Below are positions 1 through 13,253 of a DNA stretch of 64,000 nucleotides, one piece after another. The position numbers and the translations under genes are program-made. The stretch lies in the NCBI RefSeq assembly GCF_009914755.1, contig NC_060931.1; one strand, given 5' to 3'. Below the pieces are notes generated by a model, which was not told where the DNA came from, did not search any database, and saw nothing but the letters and a program-made list of their open reading frames with translations. The stretch is from the human T2T-CHM13v2.0 reference genome, Homo sapiens. Within the stretch, counting starts at the first letter, position 1; each line of letters starts with the position of its first letter.

Positions 1-43
1 GTTACTACCACATATTATGCTATATCTGCTTCATTTCTCTCTC

Positions 44-50
44 ATACACA

Positions 51-81
<31 letters not shown>

Positions 82-101
82 GCACGTGCACACACACACA
101 C
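44..101. repeat. (CA)n microsatellite, imperfect
   Basis: cacacaca... run interrupted by cgcacgtg. Confidence 0.9.
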
Positions 102-181
102 GTATTCCAATATCTATTTTCTTTGGATGACTTGCAAACTTAATCTTAGATTTGATTTAATTAAAAAGTATCGCTATTCAT

Positions 182-480
<299 letters not shown>

Positions 481-514
481 GATCGCTATTCATAATTACA
501 TTCATAATTAACAG

Positions 515-1400
515 TCTTTTTAAGGTATGATAGTAACGTAATGAACTGTGTATTTTAAGTGTAGAATTTAATAAGTTTTGGCTAAATTCATCATTACAAT
601 CAAGATAATGAATGTAATCATCAAAAAAAGGCATCCCTTGTCTCTGCACAACACATCCCTCAACCCTCCTTCACCAAGCAAACAATTATCTGTTTTCTTA
701 CACTACCATTTCCAAAGTGTTAGTTTACATTTCCAAAAATTTTATTTTATGATTTATACAATATGTCTTCTTTCCATCTGGCTTTTCTCACTGAGTGTAA
801 TTTTTTTAGATTAGCTTATATTGCAGTGTATATCAATAATTCATTATGTTTTTATTGCTGAGTAATATTTCATTATATGGATACACTACAGTTTACTTAT
901 CCATTCATATGTTCATGGGTGTTTGGGTGCTTTCCAATTGTTGGCTATTGCAAATAAAGGTGCTCTGAGTAGTTTTTGTGCTAGGCTTTGCATGGACATA
1001 TGCTTTCCTTCTTTGGGGTGAATATGTAGTAATGCAATGATTATTTTACCTGGTGGTGTGTATTTAAATTTTCAAGGAACTGTCGAATTGTTTTCCAAAC
1101 TATTTGTAGATATTGCAATGCAAGATAATTCCATGTATACATGTTGTTCCCAATGCTTGTATTTTTAACGTTGATCATTCTAATAGGTGTGTCCTGGCAC
1201 CACTGATTTCTATTAATGACTAATGATGTCGAGTATTCTTTCATGTGCTTAGTTGTCTGTAAAACTTCCATGGTTAATTGCCAAATAACATTTTTGCTCA
1301 TTTTTAATTGGATTGTTCTGTTACTATTGAGTTTTGAGAATGTGTATTCTGGATTCAATTTCTCTATTAGATGTAAGATCTGCAAACATTTTCTTCCCGT
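515..1400 (-). mobile_element. Old L1 (L1MB/L1MC-like) 3' end and ORF2 tail
   Basis: Antisense L1 3' motifs: tccattcatatgttcatgggtgtttggg, ggctattgcaaataaaggtgct, taatgactaatgatgtcgagtattctttc. Confidence 0.75.
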
Positions 1401-3598
1401 CTGGGATAAAAGGTATAGGATATCTACACAGCACACCCCAATGAGATGCTCAAATGTTCTTTTTTCCAATGATAAAAGTAAAGTAGTTACTTAAGTTTGT
1501 TTACTCATTTTCTGGGGAAACAAAAGACTGAGGCTTGTGCTCTGTTAAGATGCATTTTTGAAATTTTGTAATTCTATGGAACTCAATATTTATACTAAAA
1601 TTTAATATATCTTATATGTTTGTAATGTAATGCTTTTTTACAAGTCATGTAAGAAAAATAAGAGATTCTCATCTTTCCAGTGTTACACACAAAAATAGAG
1701 CAGAAAATACTTTCAATATCTGCAGTTAAACACATCAACATGAATGGGATAATCTAGCAGAGGCCATTATTTAGATACTTAATATTTGATTGAGACAATT
1801 TAGTTATTAAAATCATTTTTACTTACTTGTAATGGTATAAAAGTACATTATGGCTATATTAAGATTGTAATATCAGGCATATAAAGACAAGGAAATTGAA
1901 CAATCTACATTTCTTTCAGCAATGTTATCATAGCCACTCAAGTTTTAAAATATGTATTTATTATCAAATAATCAATCTTATTGAAAGTAAATTAATCACT
2001 AATTAAAATAAGTGAGGATCACGTCTTATACAGAAGTTGATCAACCTTTTATTGTAAGAATTCTTTCTGTTTGGTTGAAATATTCCATCTTAATATTTAA
2101 TTGAGGGTACAAACCTTTACAATTGTCCTTTCTGCATCATACAAGATATTCAAAATGATTGAGGACAGGTTGAGCCAACGGGTAGGAACATTGCCTCTGA
2201 CCTTGAGTAACTGCTTAAATCCAAATGGTAAATTTGTTGTGGTTGCTAATAATAAAATCTGCCTTAGTCTTCCTCTATACTCTGTCATTTTTATAGTCTC
2301 AGTGGACAATATTTTTTCAAGTACTTTACTAATCCACAGAATTCCTGAATTCTGCTCACTGTTTATACCTAAAGATATTTTCTCTGTTCTTCCCTCTTGA
2401 CTGATGTCCTTCCATTTTACATTCATTAAGATTGTTCTCTGTACAATGTGCTTGCATTTTCTGAAGAGGAAACTCATTACCTGCTTAACAGTTATTTTTA
2501 AAAAAGCAGGGTTAATACAAGTATTGAATTCCAATTTGTTCTTTTTTTGTAGGAATCATGCTATTGAGGAAATCGAAGACTCTCCCTTGTCAGATAATAA
2601 CATGAGTCTAAAATTAAAAGACATTTAATGCCTATAAGGTCTCATTGTATTTCTCTTACTGCATCTCCAACAATTGTTTTCATATTGATATCAATATTAA
2701 TTTATTCACTGATACATAAAATATTGTGCTTTCCTGTTCCTCGCCATCCCACTCCTTTTACTTGGCATTATTTAATACTTACATCCACTCTCACTAGTCT
2801 TTCATCTCCATTTTCTTTTCTCTTCAGTTTGATGTTTATATTTGTTTACACATTTAAAGTACCTATTTAAAATTCTCAATGATATAATAAAATTTTGATT
2901 TCTTGCTCCCTTCTGAATATATTGAATCTTTATTATCTAAATGAATCAATAAAATCCAGATCTTACCCTTCACCCCTTCTTTTTAACCTATTTGTTATTT
3001 AATATTCTAAATATTTTTAAGATATTAAAAAATAAAATTCATTTACTATTTACTTATATCTGAAAACCACAGTCTGCTGTGTTCTCTTCCAATTGATTCC
3101 AATAGCTGAAAACCACTGTCTGCCTTATTATAATGATGTAGATATTTTTCTTTGAAAAGTCAAGCAGTGGGCTGACATTACAGCTTTTCCTATGTGGGGT
3201 CACAACTCCTGTGACACTCAGGGAAGAACACATTGGCAATGTCAAACAGATCCTCTTTCATTGCACATCATCAGTAGTTTCATAACATGGCACACTTCTA
3301 TTTTTCTTATATTCATACATTAGTTTCTTGAAGATATTTGTTGGTTTTGTTTTTCTTAGTGTTTCTAATTCTATTATTTTCATTGTTGAAAGAAGAAACA
3401 TATGCCCTCTTCAACAGATTCCTTCAATATTCCAGCACATGAAAGACTTTATCTCTTGAATAGAATCTACTCCATTTTTCTATTGACATTTTCCTTACTG
3501 CTCAGGAATTTCTTATTCACATTTGTCCTGATTATTACTAGGCTATCTAGAAAGTTATTATTTTAAAATTTATTTACTTTGGACTCCTTACTTAAATC

Positions 3599-4294
3599 TG
3601 AAACAGAATAGTTCCTTTACCCCTTTGTGAGTCCTGTGAAGGGGTTGGCTTGTTTACTCAGCCCACAGCTCTCAACCCCTCATGGGAGTGGGAGCAAGCA
3701 AGTGAGTGTCTAGGAGTTGCCAGCAACCCCCGGAGCCCCGGAGGTTGTGTGTTACATGCTGCTTTTTTAGTTTTGCCATCCATGGATGGCTGAAGTATTA
3801 GCCCAGTGGAAGGTCAGTGTGACAGCCTCCTTCACCTGCATCTGGGACCTTGTCTGGCTTCCAGGAGGAATCAGGTCACAGGAACAAATTGAAGGTGGTA
3901 AATGTATAGGATTTTATTACCAATGAAAGTGGCTCTCAAGGGGATGGGGAGCTGGAAAGGAGTTGGAGCGGGAAGGTGGTCTTCCCCTGGAGTCTGGCCA
4001 TTTTCAGCTGAACTCTTCTCCAAGGTTTCATAGTCAAGCCATCCCTTCGAAATCAAGCTGCTTCTTCTCTTCTCTCCTTCTCTGCCACTCTCCTGCTAGT
4101 GGAGTCTGGGGTTTTTATGGTTACAGGATGCAGGGCAGGGCAGGCCAGGGTGGTCTTGGAAAAGGCAAAATGCGAGCAAAAAAGCAGGAATGCATGTTCT
4201 TACTTTGGGCCCCGGGTCCAGGCTTGAGGGTGGAGCCCTTGCCAGGGACCCTGCCCTTTTCTACCCAGTATTTCCCTGCCTCCTGTCTGTATCA
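3599..4294 (-). mobile_element. ERV1 solo LTR, MER52/LTR27/LTR28 group
   Basis: tg...ca termini; minus strand begins tgatacagacaggaggcagggaaatactgggtaga; 4-bp TSD aatc at 3595-3598 and 4295-4298. Confidence 0.8.
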
Positions 4295-4399
4295 AATCCA
4301 TCATTTTTAAAAATTCCACGCCTACATCTTGTGATTGTTAATTTTGTTTTGTGTAAACAGATCGTCATGTAACCTTCTCCAAAATGGTATGTGAGAGGT

Positions 4400-5250
4400 A
4401 CATTTTCTGATTTCTTGAGCTTCTCAAAACTGCTTTATTTTGCTATTTCTATTGATGGATTTCTTGGCTGGACATATAATTCTAAGTTGAAAATATTACT
4501 GCCTCAGAATTTTGAAGTAATTGTTACATTTTTTTAGTACCAAAGTTGAAGATCTAAAAAAATCTGCTGCATTTATGACATCTATTGATTAATATTTTTT
4601 CTTAGTATTCTCTGGATGCTTTTGAAATGTTCTTTTTATACATGGTGTACTTGAAATTCCCCAATGATGTCAGTGATATGCCTTTGAATTATTATTTGTA
4701 TATTGAGCTCAGCAATCAGTGGGTCCTGTTATATCTACAGCTAGGCACCAATCTTCATCCCTGGAAGGTTGTTTCAGATTATTTATTTGATAGTATCTCT
4801 TTTTTTTTTCTTAATGTTTCCCTTTTGAAATTCCTTTTGATTAGATATTGAGCAATCTGGACCTACTCTTCACCAATTCATTTTCTTTTGTAGGTTTTCT
4901 CTTTTTTATGTTTTCAGGTGTATGTTCCAGAAGAAGACCTCAAACTTTCTTTTAATCTTCCTGTAGATTTTCATTTTTAATTTGTTAACATAGTTTTAAT
5001 TTCTAAAGTTCTATTTTTTCTGAGAGCTATTTTTTTTATTCAGTCCTGTTCGTGACTCTTGTTTTATAAGAGGCATCATCTAGAAGGCTTCTGAAGACAT
5101 TTTGTGTTTTAAGATTGTCTTCTGTCTGTGAATGATCTCTCTTTTTTCTTGGGGCCACATTTTTTTTGTAATTGACCTTTTTTCTCCTTTCATACTGCTA
5201 TTTTGCTTTATGTCTAGCAATCTGTGGTTTTCCATTCAAATTAAGAAATA
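4400..5250 (-). mobile_element. Highly diverged L1M 5'/ORF1-region fragment
   Basis: T-rich antisense L1 motifs such as cttggctggacatataattctaagttgaaaata; boundaries approximate. Confidence 0.5.
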
Positions 5251-7373
5251 AAGGATTAGATTACTTGAGTTGTTTGTCACATATCTCTTAAGTTGTTGGG
5301 TATTAAGGCTAAAATTTTCCATTAATATTTTTTTCTTGAATAAGGACATTCAATAGGGTAGTACAGAAGCAGAGCTTGTTAATTGGCAAACTCTCTTTCA
5401 TACTCAAAAGGTATAAACTGTCTTTAAAATGGAAGGCCCCACAGTTTCAGAATTAGAAGCACTTTACTTTGGAATAATAACACACATTCAAGCAAGGCTA
5501 ATTCTTATCTGAAATGTTCTTTATAATTGTTTTGAGATGGACTTACAATTCAATCAAGTTCCTGTCCCCCACCCTCATAACTCTCTCTTTATGGTCATGG
5601 AAAATGATGTCTCTTTGTATTTTGTCACATTTTCAGTCCTATTATTATATCTGCTCATTCCAAGGAGAAAAATTTTCTGAGTTTAAGCTATCCAGTTCAG
5701 GCTACCTTATTTTTGCATCTGTCATCTGCTGTATTAGAATTTGAGAAATATGTTCTCTTTTAATTTTATCATATGATTTCATCTTTTACTTTTATAAAAT
5801 TTATAGAATTCCCCTAATATGTGTGCCCTCCACCCACTTATTTTACAGTTATGGGTTTATCCCCATTTTAATCATTTATTATTTCTATAGTGCCTTGAAG
5901 ATAAAATCTAGACTAACACATTTGCTTAGTCTGCCATATTTCTATGTAAGTATAAAGTGTATATTATTCCTAATTATGAATTGTTATGAATAAGAACTTG
6001 AAAGCTGTTTATCAAAATAATTGAAACTGTAAATGTGAAACTTGCAATTTTATTTTAGCAATTTATACTAGATGTTAAAATTTTATTCATATATATATAG
6101 TTACATAGATGTTCAATGGAGGGTTATTATAAAAGTTACATCAGTAAAAAAGATTTAACAAAGGGAGATTATGTCATTAAAATATGGCACATATAATTTT
6201 AAGCTACAGAACTTATTTTTATAGTTGTACTCAATATTCATGCAGTAATTTTCAGTTCTTTCTACTTTATCATAAATATTATTTTTATAACTGTTTGATT
6301 ACATTTACATTTCTTATTATTTTGGTTTAGATTTAAATTGTAGTTATTAACATAAGAATTTAAGAGAGTGTAACCGAACAAATAAAATACAAGTATGGCT
6401 GGCTATAATAAATTTAAATATGCAAAGTTCATCTTATAGAGACAGAGAGGATAGATACTAGCAGGAGTGTGAGATACACTGATTTATAAAATGATGATGA
6501 AAGTTTGGTTCAACAACAAATAGAAGGTTAGACAAAAAAGGATAACCTTTTGCATGAAATGAAACTTAAGCAGAAATCTATCATGTGATTAATATTCAAA
6601 AATGTACTATTGTATATATAATTTAACCTGATATGACATAAGTCTTAGAATAATTGATTTAAAAGTAATGCACTAAAAAACAAACAAAAAAGAAAGAAAA
6701 CAAACAAACAAAAAACACTATGCTTCTAAAGAGCTCTTATATTGACCCCATTTGGGGCAATAGTTTACAGTTCATCAAAGGAATGTCTTCAATACACTAC
6801 AATGATGCCCTATTTTGTTTTTGGAGAAACTTGTATTTCTTTGAGTGGGGTCTCACACATTGTGCTATTTTTCTCAAAATCGAACACTGTGTCAGGGGTT
6901 TCCGTGTTTGGAAAATTTTTCTGGCTCAACACAATGCTCTGCCGGACCCTGACTTCTCTCATGGTTTTGTAAGCCCGGTTTCTAAATCCAGAGCCGCAAG
7001 CCTAGATTTCTCCATTCTCTGTGGATGAGTTTTCATGTGATATACTTGGGTTTCTTTTTGTGCTGATGGGCCTTAAATTGAAAGCACTCTAGTCTCCTCT
7101 ACTTTCTTTAGCTTAGTATGTCACAAATGAGAAGCGGAAGACTACGCCTCTTGGATTCCTTAAGTCTCCAGTTTCCTTGTAAAACTTGATTCAGTACTTC
7201 TCCAGAGCTCAGTAAGAGGAAAACTTTTGATGTGTTGCCATTTCAGGATTTTGAGGTGAATTCCATGTAGTCTTTAATTGAGCCAGAATATGAAAAAGAT
7301 GAAGAACTAAAAATTATGTTTTCAGATATTCACTGCTTGTGGAAATTTTATTTCTTATATAATATGTGATTTC

Positions 7374-7717
7374 TGTATTTGTCAATTTGGGCTATTATAA
7401 CAATGTATTACACACCAGGTGGCTTACAAACAGCAGGAATTTCTAACAGTTTTAGAGGCTTGGAAGTCTGAGATCAGGGTTCCAGTATGGTCAGGTTTTG
7501 GTGAGATCCCACTTCCAGTTTGCAAACTGTCAACTTTTTCTTGTATCCTCATATGGCAGAATGAGAGCAAGCTAGCTCTCTGGCCTCTTCGTTTAAGGAC
7601 ACCAATCCTGTTTGTGACTAATCTGCCCCCAAAAGCCCCACCTTCAAATATCATCCCATTGGGGATGATATTTCAACATTTAAATTTGTAGGGGACACAT
7701 ACATTCAGTCCATAACA
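7374..7717 (-). mobile_element. MaLR LTR, MLT1A-like
   Basis: gggctattataacaa...ggcttggaagtctgagatcaggg...ggggacacatacattcagtccataaca. Confidence 0.8.
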
Positions 7718-7919
7718 AGATATTATTTATTACGGGGGATATATCTCATGTATTATGTATGAGATAGATATATAATGTGATATTTCCCATCCAATTTTTT
7801 ATTGGAATGATTACATATACAAGCAAGATTAAATATTAGCCAAAAAAGAAAGAAATGGGCCCCAGATAAAGTAAATCCAATAGAAACAACTTGTAAAGCT
7901 GTGTATAAAAAATATTAAA

Positions 7920-8660
7920 AGAATAATAAAATAAAAATCATTATTAATTTTCACAAAGTTGCTACACAAGGACAATGTAAAACAACGAATTGAATTTCTA
8001 CATACCATCACGTTAATAAATAAAAGCTGTAAAAGTTTATAATAATCACAGTTATAGCAAATATCTAGAAGTGGTGCTAAATTTATATATGTCTTCATAA
8101 AAAATTATGAAACAAATTGAGATAATTTAAAGGACTAAGTAAATGGACAAAATAGGTTACAATCATAGATTTGAAGACAGTAATTTAAAGATGGAAATTC
8201 TCCTTAAACTTCTTCTTAAATTAAATACAAATTCAATCAAAATTGTCCCAACAATGTATTTCTATGTATTTTGGTATTTTAAAAATTTGTAAGTGTATTC
8301 TATATTTTAAGTGGAAATGCAAGTGGCTAATAATAGCCAAGCAGTCTTTTAGGTGGGAAGCCTTGCTCTATTCATAATGAAGCTACACTAAGACAATGTG
8401 GGAATAGTACAAGTACATAATAAAGAGCCTCCAGACAGAGCCTAATATATATAAACACTTGATTTATACATAAACATAGCCCAGAGTAACTGTAGATGAA
8501 GGTTTGGGGGAAAAATAGAACTTGTACCATATGTCAAACCTACACAAAATTTCATGTCAATTTCATGTCGATATATCTAACTGTGGAAATTGAAATAATA
8601 GATAATCTAGAAGATTATGTAGAAATTAACCTCATTATCCTGGGTTAGGCAAAATTTCTT
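7920..8660 (+). mobile_element. Old L1M ORF2 fragment
   Basis: A-rich; degenerate ORF2 motifs aggactaagtaaatggac, aaattcaatcaaaatt, aatagccaagcagtcttt. Confidence 0.6.
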
Positions 8661-10371
8661 AAGGTGTTTTTAACCTAATGTTTCTCAAAGTTATTTAACT
8701 AGAAACTGTGCGTGTGTGTGTACGTGTGTTTAAGACATTAATATATTGGGAAAATCTCTTTTCTCTGAAGCCCTTTGGGAGAAGCTACCTTGAGCTCTCT
8801 GTTTCATTATCAAATTAGCACAGGACAATCACCAGAATTAAGGCCCGTGATTATCAGCTGAAAAACTTTACAAGAACAGTTCAGGGTATAAAGCCTCACC
8901 CCGGTCTGGTAAAAAAAAAAAAAAACATCAAAGCAGGAAACTACCATTTTCCACAAGAAGATCATAAGAGAATGTATTTTGGCTGTGTGTCAAGATCGAG
9001 TTCCAGTGTAACAAGGTTAGCTGCACTCAGGTAAGTATATACGGAGCAACTTATGTCATCAAGAAACATTAACCAGGGAATTGCATAAAATTTCGTTTAG
9101 CTTTTGTGTAAGATTTTTATTACTAGGAAAACAATGATTAAAAGGTATGTTTGCGGCGGCGGCCGGGAGCGGACCCGGAGAGGCTGAGGGGTTCGGAGAT
9201 TCAGAGGGAGGGAGACTCCTGCCTCGATGCAGCTGGAGGTATGTCCTGGCCTCCGCGGAGACCAGGGCAGAGGAAGAAAGATCAACTGCAGAGCTGCGCC
9301 AAAGAAAAAAGGCCAAAGTCTTCAGAAAATAAGGAATCCGCTAAAGAAGAGAACAATCAATGACATTCCAATTCCTGAAAGAGCTCCAAAACGAGCTTGA
9401 ACGGGGAATCACGTTTCAGGGTGACAGTGCCATTTATTAGACCTATCATAAAGATATGTTAAAGGCACCTTCATTTGAAAGAGGTGTTTATGAACTGGCA
9501 CACAATAACAAAACTGTATCTCCAAAGACTATACATGCAGTGCAGCAAATATCTGTATATCCAGAACTTATTGCCAGTGTTTTATGTCAAGCCACTGGTA
9601 GCAACGAGATTATTGAGCCAGTGTATTTCTATATTGGCGCTGTTTTTGGATTCCAAAGAATATGTTACCGCATTATTTGTTACAAGTTGGCTTATGAGTG
9701 GAACATGGCTAACAGGAATGCTTACTGTTGCATGCCTCATTTTTAACAGGGTAGATACAACAAGAATAGAATACCCCATTCCTTTAAGAGAAAACTGGGC
9801 ACTACCATATTTTGCATGCCAAGTTGCTGCCCCTACAGGCTATTTAAAAAGCAACTGAAATACTTATGGAGAGGAGTTTTGCTACTTGTTGATAAGTGCT
9901 TCAACTTACATATTTATGATGATGTGGGGTACGGCCGCTATCTCCTGTTTCTTCAAGCAGTCTCTCTATTCCTGCTCGATATCTTGCCGCTGGAGCAAAG
10001 TGACAAGGTTTATGAAGTTTACAAAATCTACATATTTTCTCTCTTTCTGGGATATTTACTGCAGTTTGGGAATCCAGCTGTACTGGTGTTTCCTTTGTTA
10101 AGTTTACTAGCAGCCTTAATGATTGCTAAGTGCCTTCAGCTGAATGCGAAGAAAGAAACTTTTGTAGCTAAAACAATGAAAGTGATTAATTTTTACTTGG
10201 TGCGTACTCTGACAGTGACATTGAATATTATAATGAAGATGTTTGTCCAGCACAAAGAAAATGGGCGCATGCTCAAATTCCTTGAAGTAAAATTTGGACT
10301 AAATATGACTAAGAATTTTACAGTTATTTAGCTCCTCTGTCAAGATTCCCTGCAGGCACCTTCTCAAGACG

Positions 10372-10401
10372 TTTTTTTTTTTTTTGTTTTGTTTTTTTTT
10401 T
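10372..10401 (+). repeat. Poly-T/(GTTTT) expansion inside the former CDS
   Basis: About 30-nt T tract where the parent encodes QDFFLR. Confidence 0.8.
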
Positions 10402-11135
10402 GCAATTGACAATCTTCTTTATTACATTTCTATATTCCAGTGTTAATTATTTGTTTTCTTTCTATACTGCAAGTTATTTTTAGGAGGATTAATACTAAAT
10501 TCCTGACAGAAACTGTTATTCTTCATGACGGATGAATTGGAGAAAGGCCAGAAATAATTTATCATGTAACTCACACTATTTTATTGGATTCTCTTGTGAT
10601 GGTTATAGAAGGCTTGAAGTACATCTGGATTCCTTATGTGTTCATGTTAGCAGCATTTGGTGTATGTTTTCCTTAACTTTGTATGACACTTTTCAAGTGG
10701 TTTCAATTAAGAACCATATACCCAATATTGTTGGTGGTTTGCAAAGAAGGTGACAGGCTAACCTACTCAAAATATGGGTGATTTTGTCATGAAGTCAAAA
10801 TTAACTTTCTCCATATGTGAATTATTTCACTAGAGCTTACTGGATCAGATCCTACTTTGTATATAAAATCAACCCTGTGGTATCCTTCCAATTTTGAAAA
10901 ATAACAGAGCTTTCATTTCAAAGACTACCTGAAGTAAAATGCAGTTTTCTCCACCTACTCAGTGTCTTTTGCAGGTTAGAGTATGGACATTTGAAATATT
11001 GCTGCTTCTTTCCCCCTCCTGCTCTTAACTGGATCCAGAGTTCTGTGGGAAATAGAAGATCAAGGATTACTGTCCTTTGATAAAATGTGATATCTACCAT
11101 TCTGCAATATTCCAAACAAGTGTCTTCCTTCCTAC

Positions 11136-11672
11136 TGAGAGGTGAAGCCAGCTAGACTTCCTGGGTCAAGTGGGGACTGGGAGAACTTTTCTGTCTAGCT
11201 AAAGGATTGTAAACACACCAATCAGCACTGTGTGAAAACGCACCAATCAGCACTCTGTGTCTAGCTAAAGGATTGTAAATGCACCAATCACCACTCCGTG
11301 TCTAGCTAAAGGATTGTAAACGCACCAATCAGTACTCTGTAAAAATGCAGCAATCAGTGCTCTGTGTCTAGTTAAAGGATTGTAAATGCACCAATCCGCA
11401 CTCTGTAAAATGGACCAATCAGCAGGATGTGGGCGGGGACAAATAAGGGAATAAAAGCTGGCCACCCCAGCCAGCAGTGGCAACCCGCTCGAGTCCCCTT
11501 CCACGCTGTAGAAGCTTTGTTCTTTCGCTCTTCACAATAAATCTTGCTGCTGCTCACTCTTTGGGTCCCTGCCACCTTTAAGAGCTGTAAACACTCACCA
11601 CAAAGGTCCGTGGCTTCATTCCTGAAGTCAGCAAGACCAAGAACCCACCGGAAGGAAACAACTCTGTACACA
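11136..11672 (+). mobile_element. LTR12-family (ERV9) solo LTR, probably LTR12F, inserted in the pseudogene 3' UTR
   Basis: tgagaggtgaagccagct...acaca termini; tandem tctagctaaaggattgtaaa..caccaatca units; 4-bp TSD ctac at 11132-11135 and 11673-11676; 537 bp. Confidence 0.93.
11215..11541 (+). promoter_or_regulatory. LTR12 U3 promoter elements and polyA signal
   Basis: Six CCAAT boxes, GC box gggcgggg at 11431-11438, TATA-like aataaaa at 11450-11456, AATAAA at 11536-11541; activity not demonstrated. Confidence 0.6.
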
Positions 11673-12852
11673 CTACTACATGGTCTTTCGTGCTTTTACT
11701 GATTGCACTATTTTCCCTGTAAAATCTTCATTCCATTATAATATTGATCTTTAATTTGAATATGTTCAAGGTCAGAATGTATTTCTCAAACATAACATTT
11801 AACAAATATGTAATGTGACATAATTCTTTACTAGAAGGAATTATTCCTACCTTTAAACAAGTTTCTGAAAGTGTTTCATGATTTATAACAGCTGAAGTTT
11901 TACAATAAAAAACGAATTTAAATGTTAGCTGAAAATATGTGAGATTTAAATTAAAATAGAAATTATATAAAGGTAAGTGATTTTTAAGGATATACATAAA
12001 GATATATCCAGAATTTTCATGATAATGTTCTCATCATCTGCTGCTTATATAAGTGAACACTTTCTTAGTAATACAAAGTGCACAATATTATTGCATTTTA
12101 TATTTTATGACTGTCTAGTGATTAGTTTTTTCACTTATGCCTATTACTTTGATATCAATTTGATAATGATAAAACAATAACTGTTATCTATATTTTTAAA
12201 TGGACATTTAAAAGAGTGTTGTTCAGGTTTTTAGAAAAATATTGATATTGGGTATACAATTTATTCATGTTTTCTACTGAAGTATTAAGTAAAACATTAA
12301 ATCTTTATCAGAATAAAAATATGTGCTCTAAAATGAGCAACAATTTCTGGAGATAGAGGCAGATGCTGTTAAACATACCTCTGCATACAGATGTATTTAT
12401 TATAAAACATGAGTGATGTTGTTTATGAAACTGATGCAGTCTTCAACATTAAGAAAAAATGACGATTATAATAAAATTTACAACATGGTTTCACAGTCTA
12501 AATTCTATGTTCCTTTAAGTTAAATATTTTTGTATTTTTAATCATCTATTAAGAGAAACTTTAAAATACTTAATCTGGCCTTATAAAGAGATTCAGGATA
12601 GATGTAGCCTATGGATGTGTCATTTTAATAAATTGGGATACATGTTTAGTTTTTCTTTGTGCTCCTGCTCAGTGAACAGATTTTCAAAATTTTCACTTGT
12701 TAGAGTGCTGCAAAAATTACATTTTCAGTACTTTATTACCTTAGAAGGGAGCATTTCTTTATTGTCTTTATTTTCTGTTATACATGTATTAAAGTACATG
12801 CATTCTTAGATGAACTCTAGGATGCTTTGCTCTTTTGGAACTTAATTGTTTG

Positions 12853-13130
<278 letters not shown>

Positions 13131-13135
<5 letters not shown>

Positions 13136-13253
13136 AAGAAAGAGAGAGAGAGAGAGAGAGGGAGGGAGGGAGGGAGGGAGAGAGAGAGAGAAGGAAGGAA
13201 GGAAGTAAAGGAAGGAAGGAAGGAAGGAGAAAGAAAGAAAGAGAAAGAAAGAA
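13131..13253 (+). repeat. Polypurine compound microsatellite (GA)n/(GGGA)n/(GGAA)n/(GAAA)n grown from the Alu tail
   Basis: About 120 nt with a single pyrimidine, lying inside the Alu TSDs. Confidence 0.9.

Noticed and set aside
9456-10331. ORFs of 96, 127 and 171 aa as a functional DPY19L gene
   Set aside because: They are frameshifted pieces of one retrocopy with lost ATG, internal stop, poly-T expansion, no introns, and a TSD
11190-11425. Regularly spaced repeats that superficially resemble a CRISPR array
   Set aside because: Tandem CCAAT-containing U3 units of LTR12 with no unique spacers, in a primate genome
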